A DNA stretch of 64,000 bases from Octopus vulgaris (Eukaryota). The DNA is taken from assembly GCA_951406725.2 (NCBI GenBank), contig OX597818.1, positions 129,394,001 through 129,458,000 on the forward strand, in the 5' to 3' direction. Of the stretch, positions 54,834 to 64,000 are shown piece by piece. The translations under genes were made by a program, and so were the position numbers. The number at the start of each line of letters is the position of its first letter. Position 1 is the stretch's first letter. Below the pieces are notes generated by a model that saw only the letters and a list, made by a program, of their open reading frames with translations, searched no databases and was not told where the DNA came from.

Positions 54834-55222
54834 TATATGTGTGTATGTATGTATAAATGTTAAAATTCTTCTATAGAGGGATATACACACAAACAATGAG
54901 TGAAATGATACAACACCATAAAATAAATAAATAAATAAATAAATAAACAGGGCAAAACAAAAGCTTAGCTAACAAAACAACCAAAGAGACTTTGTTGTAA
55001 AGATATTTTAGTCATGAGTCAATTTAAAATCACAAACAAAACAACTTTTTTATTAATCACTTTTATGGTGATTATATTTATTTGGTATTTATCATCAATT
55101 TAACTGAATACCGAACACTAGTAACGGAGCAGTAGATGAAGTAGGACAGAAGACAAGGAAATGATAATGTAGGAATGGAGCAGAAGGATGATGCAATAAA
55201 CAGCGAGGGAGTGAGCAATATG

Positions 55223-55254
<32 letters not shown>

Positions 55255-55405
55255 TACAAATAAATATGGCCACTTATACACATTTGTATGTGTGTGTGTA
55301 TGTATATATATATATACATATATACACACATATATATATACATATATATATATGCATACATATATATATAAACATACACATATATATATTATATATATAT
55401 ATGTG

Positions 55406-55437
<32 letters not shown>

Positions 55438-55463
55438 TATAAATATATATATATATGTGTATG

Positions 55464-55511
<48 letters not shown>

Positions 55512-55962
55512 TACAGATTCATCATTATTGTCATTATTTTGTGTCCACTTTTCCATGCTCGCTTTTTATTTATCTGTGTGTGTGTGTGAGTGTGTGTATG
55601 TGTGTGTGTATATATCTGAAAGAGAGAGAGGGAGAGAGAGAATAAAAGAAAGATGTTAGTAGAATAGAGTAAGAGAGAAGGGAAATAAATTGTGGCTAAA
55701 AGAGAACAGGAAAGGGATTATAAAAGAAGAAGAAGAAGAGAATAAGAATAAGAACAGCCACAACAACAACAACAACAATGACAACAAAATCGTGGAAGTG
55801 GGCGGGGTCCCATTTGAGAAGTCATTAAACAAACTATGGAAATTTTAAAAGATGCACATACACAAACATGTATATACAATCATATATACACATTTGCAGA
55901 AACATGTAAATACAGCTGTATACACAAGTTACAATGAGTTTTCTTTCTGTATTTTATACACA

Positions 55963-55993
<31 letters not shown>

Positions 55994-56921
55994 GTATATA
56001 GCTTTTTATTTTAGTACTTTATTTAGGTGGTTTTCAGAAGCAATTATACTGGTTATAAATCTTAACTAATTTCACAAGTTGTTAATCACCATCTCAAATT
56101 TACAAGGGCAAATAACTAAATAGACACAAACATCCCATATATATATATACACTCACTCATATATATATATATACATACATATATAAATACATACATATAA
56201 TACTTTACTGTAATACAAGACTTTGAAAGAACGTCACCAGCAAATTATAGCAGAAGAAACAAAAAGACATTACATTGAAAAGACAAAACCAGACACACAG
56301 AGAAATGTGTGTGTGTGTATGTATGTGTGTGTGTGTGTGTGCATGTGTGTGTGTGTGTGTATGCATTCTTGTAAATGCGTGCACATATTCACACACACTC
56401 ACAACAAACTTATAAAATTGCGATCACACTCAAATATACATTAGGAATAAAAGAAATAAACTCTCACTGACAGAACCCAACCAAAATCACATGAAACCAA
56501 CCACACAAACTCTTAATATGAAACACACACAACACAAGCATTCTCCATAAACACACACATATCAATGCTCTTATACATTGTCCTCAAACGTACAAACATA
56601 CATTTAACCTTACATCCTTTACGCTCATACATATCCACACAGCCATACACTCTCTCCATCTATATCTATATATACATACACATAAACTGTGCATTCTATC
56701 TCTGCACATGAACACGCAAATCCAAATATAACCATACATTTCGTCCACTCACACATATATACAAATAACTATGTGTCCATCCCTTCCATACAATTTCATA
56801 CACATACACACGCGTACACATAAGAAGCCACATAAACTCACCATCTAAATAAACATATATGTACAACTCTATACAAATGTATGTGTGCAATAGTAAAACA
56901 GAAACAACATATGACCACACA

Positions 56922-57062
56922 CACACACAGATGGATACACATACATGCACATACATACCAAGTGACATACACACACAGATGGATACACATACATGCACAT
57001 ACATACCAAGTGACATACACACACAGATGGATACACATACAGGCACATACATACCAAGTGAC
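56922..57062. repeat. 48-bp tandem repeat, ~3 copies
   Basis: ACACACAGATGGATACACATAC..GCACATACATACCAAGTGAC x3. Confidence 0.85.
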
Positions 57063-59099
57063 AACAAATACATGCAAAACACAGCCAACACCACCAACAC
57101 CGCTATCATCATTTTCCTCACCATCACCACCACTACAATCACCACTGTCAACAACAAAATAAAAAACAATGTAAAATACAAACATAACAAACATAATTGA
57201 AATATGACTAAACTCTAATGGTCATTTTTGTTTATATTTTTAAGCTGTTGTTCTTTTTTTCTTCAATTTTTAAATCTCCACTCCACTCCCTCCCTGCCCA
57301 CCTCAGATTGGTTATGCAATTTTAATTAGTTATTCGTCACAAGACGTTTTAATCAAGTATTAATGTAAAGTTAATTCAAATATCTTTATACATCAACCAT
57401 TCCAAGTAAACTGACCAACAACAAAAAAAAAGCAAACACATAAAATAATTAAATAAGTATATAAATAAATTAAAACAGTCTACAAAACAATAAACAACTT
57501 GTGACCATATTTTACAGACATTTTGGTAATTTTTCTATGATGTCACATGATCATTTTAGCAGCTATGCTAATAAAATAAAATAGAATAAAATAAAATAAA
57601 ATAAAATAAATGGATGTCAGTCAAAATGTCCAACTATGAGTTTTCAGTTGAGCAAGTGAGCTAGCTGTCAAGCTTATTGAATCAAAGTGGTTGAGTATTT
57701 CACGGACATGTGTACCCTTAACATAGTCCTTAGGCGAAATCTGTATGGTACTGTGTGTGACAAGGTTGGGCCTTTGAATTACAGGACATCTCCTGAAAGG
57801 AGCCCTCCATACAGTTTCTGTGAACCAGTTCCCTCACAAAGCATGGTCCAGTCTAAGGTTATGATAAAAGTCATATGCCCAAGATGTCCCACAATGGGAT
57901 TGAACCTGGAGTGCTGTAACTGAAAAAGTTTCGTAAACATTCAATCATACTGGGTCTACAGTAATATGTAGTACAGTCACATTAATTCTAAACATCTTTC
58001 AACAATCCTTAAAAACCTTAGTAACAACTGTAAGTAGATATATATTGTATCCACTTGTTTTCCTGGGACAGTAATCATTATTTAAGAGTACATATTTCTT
58101 ATATAACAGCTAAACTGTAATTATTTACTCAATGTTAATGTAAATTTTAGAAATGTAGCCAAAAATATATGAAAACATCCTCATTCAGTTGCTGTACTGG
58201 TACCAGTAATTAAGTCAAAGTACTTGCTGTTCAGGCATTTAAACTAGTTTTAAAAACATAATTGAACACTGGGTTACTAAACAGGAGAAAACAGTATTGA
58301 TTCTGTAAAAAATGTTTAATTTATTAAAATGCCTGCTCAGAGAATACACCCAAGGAATAATGCTTTCTAATTTCTAAACTGGTGAGAGTAGAAATAATCC
58401 TCTATAAAAAAAAAAAACTCAAGATGTTTTGTAAATATATTCTATCAGAAAAAGTTGACCAAATAAAACTAGAATATATTGAAAGAAAAATCAGCCACAG
58501 GTTGTTTTACTATAATTAGTTGATGGTTGTTGCTATTATTTTTTAGCTCTAGATTAGCTCCAGTCAAGCAGAGCAAATGATCAAAAGACCTCTAGCCAAG
58601 ATAGATCTGCAGTGTATTATCCAATGTGTCCTTCCATTTTTTTAAAGGTAGTGGGATATAATTTCTGAAAGAATGGATTATTTCTAAGAGGTGAAGTATC
58701 AAGGTACAAGTTCCTTTATTAGGTTGATAATTAATTAGCTTGAGATCATAGAAGGGAAGAAAGAAGACTGTACATTAAGGAAGATAAAACCTCAAGTCTT
58801 TTGAGGCTCTCTCGATGTACTGTACTGCTGCATTTGCAGCAAACCACATTTCAGTAAGTTTCTTTTCTAAATGCAGCAGTATTTGCACAGTAACTCAATT
58901 TTCTATCTTCCATCACTTATTAAGATTAGGAAGCAGTTTAATAAAAGGCCTCAGTTATTAAGGTAAGTGCCACATGACTTACCAATCTAGAAATAATGAG
59001 TGAGAGTGAATAAACTTTTGCATGGCCTTACTAATACTTCAATATGAGGGAGTACTTCTGAATGATGTAATGACTTCGATGAAATGTAAATAAGTATTA

Positions 59100-59444
59100 T
59101 AGGGTAAAAATGGGTAAAGATTTCCTTCAGCCATGAATGACCATGGGATTGCACCTAGAAAGTTCCCCTCAGAGGCACAAGTCTGGACAAGGTTGTTAAC
59201 GAAAGACCAGCAATTGCCCATGCATACAAGCCTCCCTTCTTCATGCCACCAGTGTTATCCAAGGGAAAGGTAAAGGCCAATACAGCTGGGCACCAGTGAT
59301 GTCACAACTCATTTCTACAGCTGAATGAACTGGAGCAACAAGAATCGTGCTTAAGAACACAGCACACAGCCCAGTCCAGGAATTGAACTCTTTGTCTAAT
59401 GATTGTGAGCCTTATGCTCTAACCACTTAGCCATGCACCTCCAC
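59100..59444 (-). mobile_element. tRNA-derived SINE (another family)
   Basis: GTGGAGGTGCATGGCTAAGTGGTTAGAGC...GAGTTCAATTCC head related to the 4883 SINE, with a different body. A decayed body-like copy lies at ~920-1020. Confidence 0.75.
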
Positions 59445-60342
59445 ATAAGTATTGTAAGTATTATAAACGGAAACTTAAATGTTAATGTTGGTTATTTAAA
59501 GCAAATAAACTAACCCTCAAATTCCTGAGACTTTTATAGCATAAAGTTAGTTTCTATTGTCAACAGCTAGAGTGAATAAACACTGCAAAAGAAAAGCACT
59601 TTAGGCAAAAAACTGAAGAACATGCTTGCAAGAGTTGAACAAGTTTTCACAATTTAGTTCAAGAACTGACTTGAACTATGAGGATCTGTCCAATTTTTGC
59701 AAGTATGGAAAGTGGACCCAAAATGACGATGATGATGATGATGATGATCTTTGCAAAGGATTGATTTCTTTAGCATTGACTAGCTATCATGTCATATTTT
59801 TCATGAACCTAAATAGTTATTTACATAACAGAAATGAGCCATCATATTTCTTAGTCTAAAAACCAACTTAATTTTATGTAAACATGACAAGTAAATTGCT
59901 TTTCAGTTGGTAATGAGTCTTAATGGAAATGAAAGATATATATTTAATTAAACGTTGCAAGCTGGTTTGGTATATTATTATCCATTAAAATTTTTTTTAT
60001 ATAAAAATAAATACTAAGGAATCAGACAGCTTGACAACTGGAGAGTTTGTTAACCAATATGATATTGAGTTATTCATATTCTGTAATGGTATGTTGATTA
60101 GTACAAGAGACAGCGTAATATATTTCTTATGCGAAAAGAATAGGAAAGTTTAACTGAACTTTTAGCAACAAACATAAAGATATTAATGTCAATGTATTTG
60201 TAAGGATATAGGTGAACATAAAAATAGCGTTGAATTTGTATTGTTTTTTTATAGCTTAAGAAGAAGAGTTTAACTCTTCTTAAGCTATAATGCTGTAATG
60301 CTTTCTCTCCCACCCCTCTCTCTCTCAATATATATATATATA

Positions 60343-61126
60343 TAAATGGATGAATGAATTATCCTTTGTTTACAGTTAACATGGAAAATTCAATAAACAG
60401 TTACCAGGGTAGCAAAATTCACGCAAGTAACAAGGATGTAGCAACCAATTCAAAGGTAGAAACTCTGAGTTAATGTGCAGTAATTTGTATAGTATGAGTA
60501 AATAAATGGAGTTGAACGCAGATGTTATTGAAATTCTTTTAATTTCGACATTTGTTTCGAAGACAACATTGGTTTTATTCCAAAGGAATAAACGGTGTAA
60601 AATAATGTAATCTTCTCTTCAGGAAAGAAAGAGAACCCATCTCAACAACAAGATATTATAACAATTTTGATGACTGCATAAATGATAAACAGAACGCTAT
60701 TAAATATTTTAAAAGATAACTGTTAGTAGATCTGACATCGAAAGTAGACCATAGAAAGAGAAGGGGTAAAAAAATAATAAGTAGAGAACAAATAAAGGAG
60801 AAATATAGAGGGATATGTTGGTTGAAAAAAATGTTCAAAGGCTTGGAAGTAGACTTCTCTATTGAAGTAAAGTGCAAGGTGAACTAAATGTTCAAACTAT
60901 ACAGACTGGTATAAATCACTTATATGAGCTAAAGGTGTGTTTCTGCCAGTGCTTACATTCGTAAGATCGCTCTATGTGTTAACAAGGTGATTCTTAGAGA
61001 AGAGAATATGGAAGAGTTCAGAGTTGCAAATGTTACAGAATCCTTTGACCTTGTCATGAGGGAAAGAGATGGACAGGATGAACCAATCTAACTTAAAATC
61101 CTTATTGTTGTCTTTAAGATACCAAA

Positions 61127-61130
<4 letters not shown>
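60343..61130 (-). mobile_element. Penelope-like element 3' fragment (GIY-YIG C-terminus plus pLTR) between (TA)n tracts
   Basis: 61128-60916 translates to VWYLKDNNKDFKLDWFILSISFPHDKVKGFCNICNSELFHILFSKNHLVNT*SDL..(fs)CKHWQKHTFSSYK*. This fits the W-LK..W-IL..C-LC-E..LLN-RSE..CRH pattern. Confidence 0.8.
60543..60626 (-). ncRNA. Canonical type-I hammerhead ribozyme motif
   Basis: UUUC-CUGAAGA-GAAGAUUACAUU...AAUGUUGUCUUC-GAAAC-AAAU-GUC^GAAA. Confidence 0.8.
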
Positions 61131-61166
<36 letters not shown>

Positions 61167-61842
61167 TTAGCCCTGTTACAAATTTACAAATTCGAGATTT
61201 TGATGAAATTCAATTAGTTCAGTATAAAAATGATAAAACATTTCTATTACATGAAAATGGAAGAAATTTGTTGAATTGATACAATGATTGTTTGTGTCCA
61301 TTGTGAATGTCATTTTTACTAGTTGTTGAGTTTTATTTTGCCATGTCACTTTTCTTTGCCAAGGTAGATTGAACAGAGTTAAACAAGGTATTTTATTTAC
61401 ATACGACATATTACAGAATAAATGTTATGAGACTACATAATTTTCATTACCAGCCGTCTCTTCAGGCATCATGAACAGATGGCTAGTATCAAGTATATTA
61501 TGTAATGAAAATTATGTTATCTCACATCATAATATGTAATACATTGTATACAAATTGCCATGCTACTGAGATGCATGTAGCATGAATTGAATAAATGATT
61601 ATTTATTTGTTTTCATTTACCATATTTTTACACCACACGACATGTGCTGCAAGTGTTGCTTTGCAAATTGGATTTACAGGGTACCTAATATCATATAACA
61701 AGTTAAAATTGTGCCACTTGCACTACTAACTGTGAATCTTCATCATCATCAGCATTTAGCATCCAGTTCTATATTTAAAATATGAGGAATTATGTACATT
61801 ATTTACATTTGATGGATATTTCGCCTCATCTTGTTTGTTGTT

Positions 61843-61885
61843 AACACAACGTTTCAGCTGATCCCTCCAGCCTTCATCAGGTATC
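61843..61885 (-). ncRNA. Minimal type-I hammerhead motif
   Basis: GAUAC-CUGAUGA-A-GGCUG(GAGGGAU)CAGCU-GAAAC-GUU^GUGUU, with palindromic AACGUU. Confidence 0.72.
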
Positions 61886-61934
61886 ATGGGGAAATTTTGA
61901 ACCTGGGTTCTGATTCCTAAGGTATTTTACGATG

Positions 61935-61996
<62 letters not shown>

Positions 61997-62100
61997 TTTA
62001 CATTATCATTATTATTATTATTCAGGTCACTGTTTGGAATCGAACTCAGAATCTTGGGAATCTAAACCCCAAGATTCCAAGTTCGATTCCAAGCAGTGAG

Positions 62101-62173
<73 letters not shown>

Positions 62174-62250
62174 TGTGTGTGAAACTGATAAATGTTGCCG
62201 ATGCATGTGTGTGTGAGCTCACACACATGCACGTTGGCAACATTCGTCAG

Positions 62251-62287
62251 TTTCTGAAAAATGGGGTCATAACTCCGAAATATTGAA
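62251..62287 (+). ncRNA. Degenerate minimal hammerhead (G8 to A)
   Basis: UUU-CUGAAAA-AU-GGGGU(CAUA)ACUCC-GAAA-UAUU^GAA. Confidence 0.4.
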
Positions 62288-62450
62288 TGCAAGGTAAGTC
62301 TACATTAATTCATATATTTGTTTTCTTGGGATTTGCCTTGCATTTATTTCACATTGTTCTGGCTTTACCCATGATCCTTTATACAATATATTCTACACAA
62401 TGCTTCATAGTAATTATTCCATTATATATATACATATGTGTATACACAAA

Positions 62451-62496
<46 letters not shown>

Positions 62497-62926
62497 AGTT
62501 GTGCTTGTCCACCAAATGGTTTAATCTGAGACTGTGGTTTGAAACTAAAGCAGTTACAGTATAGAAGACTCATTTCAGGTTTTCAAAAGTGCACAAAACC
62601 ATGAACCTTACTTGATACCAAAATTTTCATTGCACTATCTACAATCTAGTCTCTGACATGATGGAATTACAGTGGAACTGTGTTATTTAAACAGGTTGCA
62701 GATAGTGTGGTATAAATCTTGAATGTCTAAAATGAATCCTCCATGCTGCAAGAGTGATGAAGTGCCTCTCTAATGTCTAAAACCTCAAACACTACGTAAA
62801 TTTTCACTTTAAAATTTTGCATAAACTGGTGTTGCAAATAGAGTTTGTACAGAAACAATTGTAACAAATCATTAATGATGTATTAAAGAATTTTTCTTTG
62901 TTTTCTTCTTATGTGTATACATATAT

Positions 62927-63079
62927 ATGGATCTTTCCTTTTCTTATGTTTCTGACGAAGAGCTCTGCTCGAAACGTAAAACCCTCCTTCTTCACTTCCT
63001 TCCTGAGCGTCCAATAATACTATATTTGTTCCACGTTCTTGCGTTGTTGTGTTTTCCCTTTGTGTTTTCCTGTTTGGAT

Positions 63080-63085
<6 letters not shown>
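62927..63085 (+). mobile_element. Penelope-like pLTR fragment; second copy at 63507-63635
   Basis: Two similar segments, each ending ...TGTTTGGATTAACT followed by (TA)n. Confidence 0.7.
62948..62982 (+). ncRNA. Minimal type-I hammerhead motif
   Basis: GUUU-CUGACGA-A-GAGC(UCU)GCUC-GAAAC-GUA^AAAC. The copy at 63527-63561 has a decayed core (CCAACAA). Confidence 0.72.
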
Positions 63086-63118
<33 letters not shown>

Positions 63119-63430
63119 GTGGAGGCGCAATGGCCCAGTGGTTAGGGCAGCGGACTCGTGGTCGTAGGATCACAGTTTCAATTCCCAGACCGGGCATTGT
63201 GAGTGTTTATTGAGCGAAAACACCTAAAGCTCTACGAGGCTCCGGCAAGGGGTGGTGGCGATCCCTACTGTACTCTTTCGCCACAACTTTCTCTCACTCT
63301 TTCTTCTGTTGGCCTGCTGACTTAGCCAGTGGGGTGGCATCATTTGAAGGCTAAAACAATGTGAAGCGCATTGTGACCAGCGATGTGTAGCAACATCTGA
63401 TAACCTGGTCGGTCACAGTGATCACAGTGA
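63119..63430 (+). mobile_element. tRNA-derived SINE with (CACAGTGAT)n tail
   Basis: GGAGGCGCAATGGCCCAGTGGTTAGGGCAGCGGACTCG...GTTTCAATTCCC, a tRNA-Arg-like head. Confidence 0.8.
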
Positions 63431-63631
63431 TATATACATATATATATATGGGTCTTTCAAAATGTGACCTCGTGTGCGATTTTTTTTTCCTCTGTCTTCC
63501 CTTCTCTGGATCTTTCCTTCTCCTATGTTTCCAACAAAGAGCTCCGCTCGAAACATTAAACCCTCCTTCTTTCCTGAGCGTCCGATAATACTATATTTGT
63601 TCCACGTCCTTGTGCTTTCTTGTTTGGATTA

Positions 63632-63691
<60 letters not shown>

Positions 63692-64000
63692 CATGTATAT
63701 ATGCATGTGTGTATGTATATGGTGTATTTAGAATTTAAGTTGCACAACAAACAATCAGTGGTTAGAACTATGTTGTATTTCTGTATGTCTGAAGAGAATC
63801 CATGAGAATGATTCAGTATCAGAGTCCATGTATCAATTTGGTTGGAATCTACAGTTGGTAATGTGTGTCACAGAGTACATGGTGAAAGAATAACAGGAGA
63901 TTGTTTATAAAGTATCAGGTTTACACCATCTTATGTGTGTTTCATTTTTAATGTAACTAAATATTTTATAAACAATACCTCCTGCTTTGCTTTGTCTTCC

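Noticed and set aside
61430-61468. CUGAAGA...GAAA..GUA hammerhead on minus (also CUGAAGA at 63790 and CUGAGGA near 50833)
   Set aside because: No credible stem II or no properly placed GAAA.
63119-63195. Functional tRNA genes (also 4883 and 59444)
   Set aside because: No acceptor stem closure or terminator; the heads continue into SINE bodies.

Overview
AT-rich, repeat-saturated eukaryotic intergenic or intronic DNA. The SINE families and the density of (TA)/(CA)/(AAT)/(GAA)/(GATA) microsatellites point to an octopus or other coleoid cephalopod; this is inferred from recalled repeat families, not from a search. I find no supportable host protein-coding gene, and nearly all long ORFs are microsatellite or minisatellite read-throughs. 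The window holds about 25 full or partial copies of one tRNA-derived SINE, clusters of a second Meta/MESC-like SINE, and three other tRNA-SINEs. It also has non-LTR retrotransposon fragments (RTE x2, CR1, R4/Dong x2, Penelope GIY-YIG), Helitron/Helentron-type non-autonomous elements, and a 2.5-kb 54-bp minisatellite born from a SINE. The main unannotated signal is about ten type-I hammerhead ribozyme motifs in three core versions that keep the 3-8 pair: canonical C3-G8, a U3-A8 variant in a 355-bp retrozyme-like tandem unit (53172-53598), and a G3-C8 variant in a fold-back insertion with a 12-bp TSD (43454-43806). Repeat boundaries are read by eye and approximate.
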